Below, piece after piece: positions 55,612-64,000 of a DNA stretch of 64,000 nt; position 1 is the first letter of the stretch, and each line of letters opens with the position of its first letter. Source of the stretch: Verrucomicrobiota bacterium. GTDB lineage: Bacteria > Verrucomicrobiota > Verrucomicrobiia > Limisphaerales > CANJSG01. The stretch covers positions 16,140-80,139 of the forward strand of contig JAYVSO010000064.1 in assembly GCA_043775315.1 (NCBI GenBank), written 5' to 3'. Under the pieces are notes generated by a model. It did no database searches. It saw only the letters and a list, made by a program, of their open reading frames with translations, and had not been told where the DNA came from. Made by a program: the position numbers and the translations under genes.

Positions 55612-56787
55612 TCAGCGGTGCATCAAGAGACGCCATACCGTGAACGCGAACAGTGCGCCGAAGGCCATTACTCCCAGCCACCCGAGGACGGATAGCCGCT
55701 TGGAATCCCGCAACGGCAAGGAGCCGTTTTCATTATTGAAAAGCCAGTAGCCTGCGAGCGCGCCCGTCAGTGCGCCTCCCGCGTGCGCCGCATTGTCTAT
55801 AATGGACCAGGCCAAAAGCCCGAAGAGGGCCATGAACGCAATGCTCCGCAGGATGTTCACCGCGAAACGAGGGGGTAGCAGACTCCTCCGCTTCCAGCCC
55901 ATCACCGCGAGAAACCCAACGAACGCCATTAACCCTCCGGAAGCGCCCACGCTCGTTTGCTCCGGCATTATCATCAGGCTGCAGAGACTGCCGCCTAAAG
56001 CGCCCAGCAACCAAAGCGGCACGAGAACATGGCGATGCGCCGTGCGCTCGATGACCGGCGCCAGCCAAATCACGGAGGTGAGGTTCATCAATATGTGCCA
56101 AGGGTTGCCGTGCAGCATGGGCCCGGTGAGCAAGCGCCACACTTCGCCCTCCCGAACCAAGGGCTTGACCAAGCCCGCGTGCTGGAAGGAAGCATCCAGC
56201 CCTATGCACATCTGGATAATGAAAAGCACAACCCAGGCAGCGCCCGGGCCCCAAGTTCGCCACAGCGCCGAGAATGGATGGCTGTGCACCCAAAAGACGT
56301 ATCGGCATTCGCGGGAGCACCGGCAAAAATAGCCGGACGTGTCCCTTCGCAGCCGCCGTTTGGTATCCGCGGATTCGAACCAGGTCTCCGCCGACTGGAA
56401 GCCGTAGATCAGGAACACGAACGCAACTTGCAGCGGCGCTCCGAAAGCCAGCACGGTAACAGACGAGCCAATCGTCAGAAGTGCGATCACCCGATTGCTG
56501 CCGATGGCTGCTTGCGCGAGGCGGAGATCCCGTTCCGTCTGTGCCTCCCAGAGTTCGGGAACCTCGGAGATATGCACCACGCGCGGAGTGTTCTGGACTT
56601 CGACCCAATGGATCGGCGCCTTCTCCTCCACCTTCTGCTCTCGCAATTGCGCCGCGATTTCGGCCAAGCTCATCAACTCGGATTTGCCACGCCAAACTCC
56701 CGCCTCCCCACCCAATGACGCCTCCGGCATCAAGTCCGAAGCAAGCCACGGTGCGGACTGCAAACTCGGCTCATTAACAGGCTGCAT
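55612..56787 (-). CDS. rhomboid family intramembrane serine protease with an N-terminal extension of unknown function
   Basis: WRLLTGPMLHGNPWHILMNL (H-x4-H-x3-N region), the catalytic GASGGLMAFVGF, and a distal AHAGGALTG His. Multiple TMs. Confidence 0.85.
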   Translation of the reverse strand: MQPVNEPSLQSAPWLASDLMPEASLGGEAGVWRGKSELMSLAEIAAQLREQKVEEKAPIHWVEVQNTPRVVHISEVPELWEAQTERDLRLAQAAIGSNRVIALLTIGSSVTVLAFGAPLQVAFVFLIYGFQSAETWFESADTKRRLRRDTSGYFCRCSRECRYVFWVHSHPFSALWRTWGPGAAWVVLFIIQMCIGLDASFQHAGLVKPLVREGEVWRLLTGPMLHGNPWHILMNLTSVIWLAPVIERTAHRHVLVPLWLLGALGGSLCSLMIMPEQTSVGASGGLMAFVGFLAVMGWKRRSLLPPRFAVNILRSIAFMALFGLLAWSIIDNAAHAGGALTGALAGYWLFNNENGSLPLRDSKRLSVLGWLGVMAFGALFAFTVWRLLMHR

Positions 56788-56859
56788 GAGTCAGCATTCG
56801 ACGCGGCTATCCCTCCTTCAAGGCAGAATCCTTCTCAGCCACGATAGCCCGATTGATAA

Positions 56860-56900
56860 GGGGTCAGTCCTCACCATCGACACAGATTGACGGTTTTGGC
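56860..56900. repeat. right copy of the 41-nt inverted repeat
   Basis: ggggtcagtcctcaccatcgacacagattgacggttttggc. See the 55452-55492 entry. Confidence 0.8.
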
Positions 56901-56915
56901 GTGGCGGCCACCATT

Positions 56916-56960
56916 CCACGCGCGCTGCGGATGTAATACGAAGTCGCGATTTGCTACGAC
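56916..56960 (+). pseudogene. second, more decayed 5' remnant of a RayT/IS200-like transposase gene
   Basis: Reads PRALRM*YEVAICYD (in-frame TAA at 56934-56936). About 70% nucleotide identity by eye to the corresponding codons of the 55339-55440 remnant, in the opposite orientation. Confidence 0.45.
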
Positions 56961-56983
56961 CTGCTCCGCGCGGCGGGGAGGTC

Positions 56984-57313
56984 GGCTACGACGCCGGCAA
57001 GAGGACCAGGGGCCGCAAGCGCCGTCTTCTCGTGGACACCCTCGGGTTGGTGCTGGCCGTGCATGATTTTGTAGGGGAGCGCGGGCGTCCCGCCTGCAGT
57101 GTCCGGCGTCGCGCCGGACACATCCAGAACACACACGATGGTTTCGGCGCGACGCCGAAACCGACACGCGAGACGCGTGTGCTCCCGCACGAAGACGAGG
57201 TTGTGGAGGACGCCTTCCGTCGGCTCGTCCGCGACTACAAGACGTCCTACTCAAGCGCGGAGGCTTTCGTCCTCCTGGCCATGATACGCATCCAGCTCCG
57301 CAGACTCGCTTCA
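56984..57313 (+). mobile_element. IS5-family (DDE) transposase gene fragment with a large internal deletion/replacement
   Basis: GYDAGKRTRGRKRRLLVDTLGLVLAVH (56984-57064) and VVEDAFRRLVRDYKTSYSSAEAFVLLAMIRIQLRRLAS (57197-57313) match the conserved mid and C-terminal blocks of IS5/IS1182-type transposases. The catalytic core between them is replaced by 132 nt of hairpin-rich DNA, and the N-terminal third is absent. Confidence 0.65.
57075..57186. repeat. compact four-hairpin module closed by an outer 6-bp helix
   Basis: gggagc[gcggg-cgt-cccgc]ctgca[gtgtccggcg-tcg-cgccggacac]..[ggtttcggcg-cga-cgccgaaacc]g[acacgcg-aga-cgcgtgt]gctccc. Stems of 5, 10, 10 and 7 bp, all perfect, all with 3-nt loops. 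Confidence 0.85.
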
Positions 57314-57385
57314 ACCTCAGCAATCCTGGGTTTTCAAACAGGCTCTGAGCTTGCCTGGCGCCTTCGACGGATCAAAATCTTCCTC

Positions 57386-59299
57386 ATGCCCACACCGCGA
57401 ACCCACGCTTTCCTGCGCGCTGCTGTCGCGATGGCGCTGTGCATCGGGTTTGGTTCGGCTGCGTTGCTTCTCAATGGATGTGGCGAACAGAAGAAGGGTT
57501 CCGTCGCGCAGGTTGGCTCGGCGCCGGCCGGTCAGGGTTCTCTAACCGGGAAACCCGGCACCCAAGCGGGCAACAAACCTCCCGGCTACACCGGTTCCGC
57601 GGCCTGCCGGGAATGCCACGAGCCAGAGCACAAGAGCTGGCACCGGTCGTTTCATCGGACGATGACACAGACTCCGGATGGCGACCGCATTCATGCGGAC
57701 TTCAACAACGTCACGCTCCTGCTGGGAGACGAGCAGTTTCATCTGTCGATGGAGGGAACCAACCGCTGGGTCACCATCACCGATCTGGCACCCAAAGTGG
57801 CGCCGGGTCAGCCGAAGCCGGAGCCGTTCAAGATCCAGCCGAGCCTCGTGACCGGATCGCATCACATGCAGGTCTTCTGGCTGCCGGGCGGAACGGATGG
57901 CGATGCGCATGTCGGCTTTCCCTTTACCTGGTTGAACGAGGAACGCCGTTGGGTGCCGCGGCATGACACGTTCATCCGCGATCCGAACGCCCAGCCGCCC
58001 GTCGAGGTCTGGAACGCCACCTGTGTCCGGTGTCACACGACCGGCGCTCAACCGGGATGGGATGCGTCGGAGAAGATATTCCACACTCGCAGCGCCGATC
58101 TCGGGATCTCCTGCGAGGCCTGCCACGGGCCGGGCGAAAAGCACATCGGACATTGGCGCACCGAGAAATCCGCGGACCGGCCCAAGCTGGCCGAAGGCGC
58201 CCGCGACGCGACGATCGTGCATCCGGAACACCTGCCGCCGCAGCGCGCGTCGCAGATCTGCGGCTCGTGCCATTCGATGAAGTGGTTCGACAAGTCGGAG
58301 AACTGGTCCGTGACCGGCTTCACCTACCGGCCCGGCCAGGACCTCGACGCAACCACGCCCGTGATGCGTCCGACGCAGTTGGACAAACAGCCTTGGCTCA
58401 AGACCGCTGCGGAAAAGAACCCCGGCCTGTTGGACGAATTTTTCTGGAAGGACGGCATGGTCCGCGTGTCCGGCCGCGAGTTCAACGGGCTCATCGAGTC
58501 GCCCTGTTATCAGCATGGCACCGCCAAGAAGCAGATGTCGTGTTTGTCCTGCCATTCGATGCACAAGAGCGAGCCCGACGACCAGCTGGCACGCGGCATG
58601 GAAGGCAACCAGGCCTGCGTGCAGTGCCACGAAACCATCGGTGCCAATCCAGCGGCCCACACGCGCCATGCGGCCGGATCTACTGGTTCGCTCTGCTACA
58701 ACTGCCACATGCCGCACACGTCCTACGGCGTGCTCAAGGCCATCCGCAGCCACCAGGTTTCCAGTCCCACCGTCGCCTCTGAACTCGCCACCGGCCGTCC
58801 CAACGCCTGCAACCTCTGCCACCTCGACAAGCCCCTCTCCTGGACCGCTGACAAGCTGGCGACCTGGTTCAAGCAGCCCACGCCGGTGTTGAACTCCGAG
58901 CAGAAGGAAGTCGCCGCCGGCATCCGATGGACGCTCCAGGGCGACGGCGGTGTGCGCGCTTTGATCGCGTGGCACTACGGATGGGATCCCGCGAAACAGG
59001 CCAGCGGCACATCGTGGATGTCGCCGTTCCTCGGCCAGCTTCTCAACGACGATTATGCGGCCGTGCGCCTCATCGCGGGGCGTTCGCTCAAACGCCTGCC
59101 GGGTTTCGAGTCGTTCGCCTACGATCCTGTTCCGGGTTCAAAGGCGCGGCCACCGGTTCAACTGCCGCTGGTGGGACAGTCGCCGGTCGGAGTGCCGGAC
59201 AATGCGGCGTTGCTGTTCAATGGAGGCCGGGTGGACACGAATCGCGTCGACCGGTTGTTGGAAGGCCGCGACCGGCGGATCGTCCGGCTTCGCGAGTAG
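57386..59299 (+). CDS. octaheme c-type cytochrome lipoprotein with C-terminal HEAT-like region
   Basis: Lipobox ALLLNGC. Eight CxxCH motifs: CRECH, CVRCH, CEACH, CGSCH, CLSCH, CVQCH, CYNCH, CNLCH. Start trimmed to ATG 57386 because the upstream in-frame part of track ORF 56951.. is IS debris. Confidence 0.85.
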   Translation: MPTPRTHAFLRAAVAMALCIGFGSAALLLNGCGEQKKGSVAQVGSAPAGQGSLTGKPGTQAGNKPPGYTGSAACRECHEPEHKSWHRSFHRTMTQTPDGDRIHADFNNVTLLLGDEQFHLSMEGTNRWVTITDLAPKVAPGQPKPEPFKIQPSLVTGSHHMQVFWLPGGTDGDAHVGFPFTWLNEERRWVPRHDTFIRDPNAQPPVEVWNATCVRCHTTGAQPGWDASEKIFHTRSADLGISCEACHGPGEKHIGHWRTEKSADRPKLAEGARDATIVHPEHLPPQRASQICGSCHSMKWFDKSENWSVTGFTYRPGQDLDATTPVMRPTQLDKQPWLKTAAEKNPGLLDEFFWKDGMVRVSGREFNGLIESPCYQHGTAKKQMSCLSCHSMHKSEPDDQLARGMEGNQACVQCHETIGANPAAHTRHAAGSTGSLCYNCHMPHTSYGVLKAIRSHQVSSPTVASELATGRPNACNLCHLDKPLSWTADKLATWFKQPTPVLNSEQKEVAAGIRWTLQGDGGVRALIAWHYGWDPAKQASGTSWMSPFLGQLLNDDYAAVRLIAGRSLKRLPGFESFAYDPVPGSKARPPVQLPLVGQSPVGVPDNAALLFNGGRVDTNRVDRLLEGRDRRIVRLRE

Positions 59300-59381
59300 G
59301 CGCGCGGACCGCAGGCGCTCATCTGGCAACAGCTCGACGACCAGCGTTGCCCGCAGGCCCTCGTTGTCCTATTCGTCTCGC

Positions 59382-60887
59382 ATGGTCGACCCGATCCTCA
59401 TCGCCAAGAGCGCCCACGAAATCCATCTGCTGCCGTCCATGGCGAATCGCCACGGGCTCATCGCCGGAGCGACCGGCACCGGCAAGACCGTCACGTTGCA
59501 GTCGTTGGCGGAGGGTTTCAGCAGGTTGGGTGTGCCGGTTTTCATGGCGGATGTGAAGGGCGACCTCGCCGGCATCAGCCAGGCCGGAGGGCAGTCGGCC
59601 AAGGTGCGCGAGCGATTCCGTCAACTCGGTCTGGAGGAGGATGGATTCGCCGGATGTCCCGTGACGTTCTGGGATGTCTTCGGCGAATCCGGCCATCCGG
59701 TCCGGGCGACTATTTCCGAGATGGGACCGCTCCTCCTCGCCCGGCAGCTTCAACTGAACGAAACCCAGGCCGGCGTGCTGAACATCGTCTTCCGCGTGGC
59801 GGACAAGCACGGGATGCTCCTCCTCGATCTCAAGGACCTGCGCGCGATGGTCCAGTTCGTCGGTGAGAACGCCCGGCAGTTCACCGTGGAATATGGCAAC
59901 GTCTCCAGCGCGAGCATCGGGGCCATTCAACGCGGGCTGTTGACGCTGGAAGGTCAGGGCGGTTCCAAGTTCTTCGGAGAACCCGCGCTCAACTTCGCGG
60001 ATCTCCTCCAGACCGATTCGTCGGGCCGTGGCGTGGTCAACATCCTTTCGGCCGATCGCCTGCTCCAAGCGCCCAAGACGTATTCCACGCTGCTGCTCTG
60101 GATGCTTTCGGAACTGTTCGAGAACCTTCCCGAAGCGGGCGATCTGCCGTTGCCGAAGCTCGTGTTCTTCTTCGACGAAGCCCATCTGCTCTTCGCCGAT
60201 GCGCCGCCGGCGTTGATCGAGAAGATCGAACAGGTCGTCCGCCTCATCCGGTCGAAGGGCGTCGGGGTCTTCTTCGTGACGCAGAACCCGCAGGACATTC
60301 CCGACCGTGTCCTCGGCCAGCTGGGCAACCGCGTGCAGCACGCGCTGCGCGCCTTCACGCCACGGGATCAAAAGGCTGTCCGCGCAACGGCCGAGACGTT
60401 CCGGGTGAACCCGGAGATCGACACCGAAACGGCGCTGACGCAGCTGGCCGTGGGCGAAGCCCTGGTGTCGTTGCTCGATGAACGGGGACAACCCACCGTC
60501 GTGGAACGGGCGTTCGTCGTTCCGCCGCGCAGCCAGATCGGACCCATCGCCCCGGACCAGCGGAAGCAGTTGCTCGCGTCATCGCTCGTGGCGGGCATCT
60601 ACGAGCAGACGGTGGATCGGGAGTCCGCCTACGAACGGCTCAAGGCCCAGCATCCGCCGCCGCCGATTCCAGGTGGTCCGTCCCCCACGGCGGACAAGCC
60701 GGATGAACCGGGCTTCCTTTCCACCATCTTCGGCGGCGGATCGCGCCCCGCGCCGTCGCGTGGCCGTCAGCCCGAAAGCCTCGGAACGACGATGGCCAAG
60801 AGCGCGGTGCGGACCATCGGGAGTTCCCTCGGACGCGAAATCGTCCGCGGCGTCTTGGGATCGATCTTCGGCGGGCGGAGGCGTTGA
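59382..60887 (+). CDS. yjgR: HerA-like ATPase, DUF853 family (YjgR homologue)
   Basis: [55 protein letters not shown] is nearly identical in pattern to the E. coli YjgR N-terminus. Walker [13 protein letters not shown]. Start trimmed to ATG 59382. Confidence 0.9.
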   Translation: MVDPILIAKSAHEIHLLPSMANRHGLIAGATGTGKTVTLQSLAEGFSRLGVPVFMADVKGDLAGISQAGGQSAKVRERFRQLGLEEDGFAGCPVTFWDVFGESGHPVRATISEMGPLLLARQLQLNETQAGVLNIVFRVADKHGMLLLDLKDLRAMVQFVGENARQFTVEYGNVSSASIGAIQRGLLTLEGQGGSKFFGEPALNFADLLQTDSSGRGVVNILSADRLLQAPKTYSTLLLWMLSELFENLPEAGDLPLPKLVFFFDEAHLLFADAPPALIEKIEQVVRLIRSKGVGVFFVTQNPQDIPDRVLGQLGNRVQHALRAFTPRDQKAVRATAETFRVNPEIDTETALTQLAVGEALVSLLDERGQPTVVERAFVVPPRSQIGPIAPDQRKQLLASSLVAGIYEQTVDRESAYERLKAQHPPPPIPGGPSPTADKPDEPGFLSTIFGGGSRPAPSRGRQPESLGTTMAKSAVRTIGSSLGREIVRGVLGSIFGGRRR

Positions 60888-60901
60888 CCGGGTTCAGGGC
60901 T

Positions 60902-61300
60902 TCACAGCGACGCCAATTTCTTGCCGCGGACGAAACGGTGGCATTCCACGCAGTTCATCGTCATGCGCACGTAGGCCAGCGTGGCCGAATCCAGGTTGGC
61001 CTCGACCGCGCCCCGCTCCAGCGCGTTCACGCTGCGGCGGAAGTTGGCCTTGTGCTCCTGGTATTCCGGGTTGTCGAAGTTCGGCCAATCCTGCGCAGAG
61101 CCGAGGGCCTTCAGCTTCTTCGCCGCAGCCAGCAGGATCTCGAAGTCGCCTGCGGTCACGCCTTCGAGCGCCTTCTGCGAGTGGTCCAGCTTGGTCCGCA
61201 TCACCTCGCGGGTCGCGCGGCTGGTCTGGGCCGTGGCGATGCCGATCCATCCGGCGAGGGACAGCGCGCCAACGGAGAGGAGGAGAAGTCGTTTGTTCAT
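60902..61300 (-). CDS. class II (cytochrome c'-like) four-helix-bundle c-type cytochrome
   Basis: 132 aa with a signal peptide and helical repeats. A single CxxCH (CVECH) about 13 residues from the C-terminus is the hallmark topology of cytochrome c'/c556. AAGGA RBS upstream. Confidence 0.6.
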   Translation of the reverse strand: MNKRLLLLSVGALSLAGWIGIATAQTSRATREVMRTKLDHSQKALEGVTAGDFEILLAAAKKLKALGSAQDWPNFDNPEYQEHKANFRRSVNALERGAVEANLDSATLAYVRMTMNCVECHRFVRGKKLASL

Positions 61301-61321
61301 GGGTATCCTTTCGATGCGGGT

Positions 61322-61606
61322 TCAGGCGGAGAATCCGAAGCGGAACCGCTCCTCGTCAATCTTGATGCGGAGTGACACGCAGAGCAGGCGGGCGGTGATC
61401 TGCTGGGCCGCGGCCTTCACGAGGCGGTCGGCCTCCTTCTGCACCAGGGGCATGCCTTCGTGGGAGATCTTGTCGATCATGTAGCCGCGCTCGAGCAGCT
61501 CGGCTAGGAACTCCTCCATGGCGACAGGATCGTCGGTGGAATGGTGGTGCGGAAGGGTGCTGCGGCGGAAGTTGACCCGGTATTCGACGTTGTATTTGGG
61601 CATCAT
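61322..61606 (-). CDS. hypothetical small protein
   Basis: 94-aa ORF 21 nt upstream of the cytochrome c'-like gene on the same strand. No family recognised. Confidence 0.45.
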   Translation of the reverse strand: MMPKYNVEYRVNFRRSTLPHHHSTDDPVAMEEFLAELLERGYMIDKISHEGMPLVQKEADRLVKAAAQQITARLLCVSLRIKIDEERFRFGFSA

Positions 61607-61801
61607 GACGTTCGGTCTCCATGGGGCCTCGTGGTTTCAGAACACCTCGGCGTCGTTCCGTGGGCCCTGTTGCCGGAGGCGCCGGACGAACTCTCCACCG
61701 GGAAAGTCATCAAGTGGGAGGGATCGTCGAATCACGGGTAAGCCCGATGGAGCGAGGGCGCTAACCGGAAGTTGGCCGAGGCAGGGCGTTGGTTGGCCGG
61801 A

Positions 61802-62599
61802 TCAATGGACGGGCCTAGGGGAATCGCTTGGAGTTGGTGGCCCCAGTTGCAGGAGTTCGGCCCGAAGCTTGGCGTAAAGCTCGCCGGTCCACACTGGAAG
61901 CGTGGGCGAAATACTTGGCTGGTCGCGCTTGCGGAAGTCGACCGGAGCCAGGATGAGCCGGATGTTTTCGATGCCGGTATCGGTGGCGAGGACGAACAGC
62001 TCCTCGATGGCCGGATCGCCCATGGCGAGGCAGCCGACGGAGACCGAGCTGCCGTGGATCATGATGTCGGAGCCAGGTTTCTCGCGGCCATCGATCCGCG
62101 CCTTCTCCAGATCGAAGGCGTTCGGGTAGTTCACCCGAAGCGCCAGATGGAAGGCGCTGTTTGGGTTGAGCGATTTGATGGCATAAATGCCTTCTGGAAC
62201 CTGATGATCGCCTTCGCGCAGCTTGGGTCCGGGGCCGCCGCTGGCGGCGAGGATGGGGTAGGTCTTCAGGTGCTTCGGCTTTGCGATGCCGTCCGAGCCC
62301 CAGACTTCCAACCGGTCCTCATCCTTGAGCCCGACCAACACGATCCGCTTGGGAGGGTAGGGGACTCCGATCCGTGAGAAGTCTGCGGACAACTTCTGGC
62401 GGGCCGACGGTCCGAACTCCGCTATTCGGTCGGCGACCGTCTTCTTGGTTCCCACTGCTTGCTCCGGGCTCTTGATGAAACGAACGATCCGGTCCCGGAA
62501 TGGTATCGCGCAGGCGGCGAGGCCGAGTGCTGCGAGCAGGACATGGAGGCGAGTAATCTTCAGCTGCCTCGTCAGAGGTGGCGCGGTTTCCACCGGCAA
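61802..62599 (-). CDS. L,D-transpeptidase (YkuD-fold) family protein
   Basis: N-terminal TM/signal LHVLLAALGLAACAI. Catalytic motif IMIHGSSVSVGCLAMGDPAIEELF (H-G-x6-GC). Confidence 0.75.
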   Translation of the reverse strand: MPVETAPPLTRQLKITRLHVLLAALGLAACAIPFRDRIVRFIKSPEQAVGTKKTVADRIAEFGPSARQKLSADFSRIGVPYPPKRIVLVGLKDEDRLEVWGSDGIAKPKHLKTYPILAASGGPGPKLREGDHQVPEGIYAIKSLNPNSAFHLALRVNYPNAFDLEKARIDGREKPGSDIMIHGSSVSVGCLAMGDPAIEELFVLATDTGIENIRLILAPVDFRKRDQPSISPTLPVWTGELYAKLRAELLQLGPPTPSDSPRPVH

Positions 62600-62609
62600 C
62601 CAAGTAAAC

Positions 62610-62936
62610 CTACCTTGCCGCCTGCGGCGTCTCGAAGTGGAAGATGACTTCGCCGGGCTTGGCGTAGCTGAGACGTTCGCGGGCTAGGCGTTCGATGGTC
62701 TTGGGGTCGTTGAGCGACTTGAGCTTGGCGTCGAGCTGGCGGCTGGCTTCGCGCTCCTTCTCGATCCGGCGATCCACCTCGTAGATCTCGCGGCGGAGGC
62801 CTTCGTTCCTGCGGATCACCGGCACATACCAGAGGACGACCGCGACAACCGCAGCGACGAAAAGGAGCCACAGCACGAGGCGATAAAGCGAATCCCAGAT
62901 GTTGAGGCCGGCAGGCATCGGAGTGTTGAGTAGCAA
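62610..62936 (-). CDS. ftsB: septum formation initiator (FtsB/DivIC) family protein
   Basis: Single TM LVLWLLFVAAVVAVVLWYV, a coiled coil, and the C-terminal motif LNDPKTIERLARERLSYAKPGEVIF. Confidence 0.75.
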   Translation of the reverse strand: MLLNTPMPAGLNIWDSLYRLVLWLLFVAAVVAVVLWYVPVIRRNEGLRREIYEVDRRIEKEREASRQLDAKLKSLNDPKTIERLARERLSYAKPGEVIFHFETPQAAR

Positions 62937-63007
62937 CTCCTTGCCGATGGCGGAAGCAAAATGACGCAGTTTCTGCGTGTTTCAGGCCGTTTCGGGAGGT
63001 CGGAGGA

Positions 63008-63385
63008 CTACTGCACGACACGCTTCGCTTCCTGCAGCTTTCCGTCGGCCGCGAATGTCAGGCGGACGATCCGGTCGGGCGAGCGGGGTTCGAGGTGGGC
63101 GGTCATGAAGGGATCGTAGTAGCCGTAGCGGCCCGGAAAGTAGAACCGCGAGCCGACTCCCAATGACCCGGTGCGTGAACCGCGCTCCGTGACCCAATCG
63201 ACGACTTTGGAGCCATCGGACAGCGTGGCTTGGCGTTCGGGCGGTCCCATTTCGCGAACGGCGTCGTCGAAGGTGTAGCTGCCAACGCGGGTGCTCCAAT
63301 CGATCTTGGGCCCGGCGCAGCCGACCAGCACGGTCGCCAGCATCACGGCAAACACCCCGGCGACCCTTCGAATCAACGTCTTCAT
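63008..63385 (-). CDS. small lipoprotein of unknown function
   Basis: Lipobox ATVLVGCAG. 125 aa. No family recognised. Confidence 0.6.
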   Translation of the reverse strand: MKTLIRRVAGVFAVMLATVLVGCAGPKIDWSTRVGSYTFDDAVREMGPPERQATLSDGSKVVDWVTERGSRTGSLGVGSRFYFPGRYGYYDPFMTAHLEPRSPDRIVRLTFAADGKLQEAKRVVQ

Positions 63386-63416
63386 GGGGTTAACGGTAGT
63401 GCGTGAGCGCGGGGCT

Positions 63417-64000
63417 TCAAGTGCGGTTCCGCAGTCGTGCCCATGCGTCTTTCACCACCCAGCCGGATTTCTCCAGCGCGGCTTTGGCCACGTCGTATTC
63501 CGCGCCGGTCAGGTCGCGGACGATGCGGACCGCGCGGTCGCGGAGTTTGATGTTCGACGGGTTCACATCGACCATCAGGTTGCTGATCACCTTGCCAGTG
63601 CGGACCATCGCGAGGGTGGTGAATAGATTCAGGACAAGCTTTGTTGCGGTTCCCGATTTCAGGCGGGTGGAACCGGTCAGCAGCTCCGGTCCGATGGCCG
63701 GCGCAATGATCACGTCGGCGCGGCCCTTGCGCTCGGTCACAACGTGGGGGTTGAAGCAGACCAACACCGTCTTGGCCCCGCGCCGCTTCGCCTCATCCAA
63801 CGCGCCCCAGACGAACGGCGTCCGTCCGCTCGCCGCGATGCCGACGACGACGTCCTTCGGCCCCACTTCACGGAAAGCCACGGCTTCCGCGCCCTGGATC
63901 GGATCGTCCTCCGCTCCTTCGATGGCGCGCCAGATGGCTTGCTGGCCTCCGGCGATGATCCCTTGGACCAGCTCGGGCGGCGTGCGGAAGGTCGGCGGGC
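63417..64000 (-). CDS. murQ: N-acetylmuramic acid 6-phosphate etherase, 5' end beyond window
   Basis: VVGIAASGRTPFVWGALDEAKRRGAKTVLV..LLTGSTRLKSGTATKLVLNLFTT..VISNLMVDVNPSNIKLRDRAVRIV. The frame stays open to base 64000 (..IIAGGQQAIWRAIEGAEDD). Confidence 0.88.
   Translation of the reverse strand, partial: PPTFRTPPELVQGIIAGGQQAIWRAIEGAEDDPIQGAEAVAFREVGPKDVVVGIAASGRTPFVWGALDEAKRRGAKTVLVCFNPHVVTERKGRADVIIAPAIGPELLTGSTRLKSGTATKLVLNLFTTLAMVRTGKVISNLMVDVNPSNIKLRDRAVRIVRDLTGAEYDVAKAALEKSGWVVKDAWARLRNRT

Noticed and set aside
56951-57385. Treating the first 145 codons of ORF 56951-59299 as part of the cytochrome
   Set aside because: These codons encode IS5-transposase debris and hairpin DNA. A proper lipoprotein signal peptide begins at ATG 57386.
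59055-59381. Upstream extension of the yjgR ORF
   Set aside because: It overlaps the 3' end of the cytochrome gene in another frame. The YjgR-conserved N-terminus starts at ATG 59382.

Overview
High-GC (by eye low-to-mid 60s %) chromosomal segment. Gene content points to the PVC superphylum, most likely Verrucomicrobiota: three 'PVC-type' membrane-bound-dehydrogenase/CxxCH heme-binding fusion proteins, a ~2,400-aa lamin-tail/CotH/PA14 surface protein, DUF4159, and a fused CcoNO oxidase subunit. I support about 53 protein-coding genes and found no rRNA, tRNA or CRISPR array. Layout: ggt, DUF4159, an AI-2E permease and the giant LTD/CotH protein (0-11 kb). A sugar/sugar-acid oxidation region follows (12.5-29 kb) with an AraC regulator, a UxaE-like epimerase, three PVC dehydrogenase-cytochrome fusions, a TIM-barrel isomerase, FucU and an aldo/keto reductase. 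Next come a complete cbb3 oxidase cluster ccoI-ccoS-ccoNO-ccoQ-ccoP-ccoG-ccoH-tauE (29.7-38.2 kb), then Zn-ADH / two TIR genes / L-fuconolactonase-like amidohydrolase (38.4-41.1 kb). The rest is grpE-dnaJ, rsmE, a COG0523 GTPase, pgsA, smc, a decayed mobile-element hotspot around a rhomboid protease gene (54.9-57.3 kb), an octaheme cytochrome, yjgR, cytochrome c', an L,D-transpeptidase, ftsB and murQ. The best candidate for an undescribed system is a translationally coupled pair of small stand-alone TIR-domain proteins (39467-40290). It sits inside a metabolic gene string, and no ThsA-, STING-, Argonaute- or NLR-type partner is visible in the window. Secondary observations: a rhomboid gene bracketed by outward-facing remnants of RayT/IS200-like Y1 transposase genes plus REP-like hairpin modules and an IS5 fragment; three single-gene orphan insertions, two of them visibly low-GC and one DMP19/DUF4375-like; a perfect 27-bp-arm palindrome inside a coding 5' end; and a NYN nuclease gene coupled to a secreted vWA-like proline-rich anchor protein. 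All family assignments rest on motif recognition by eye, not on database searches.
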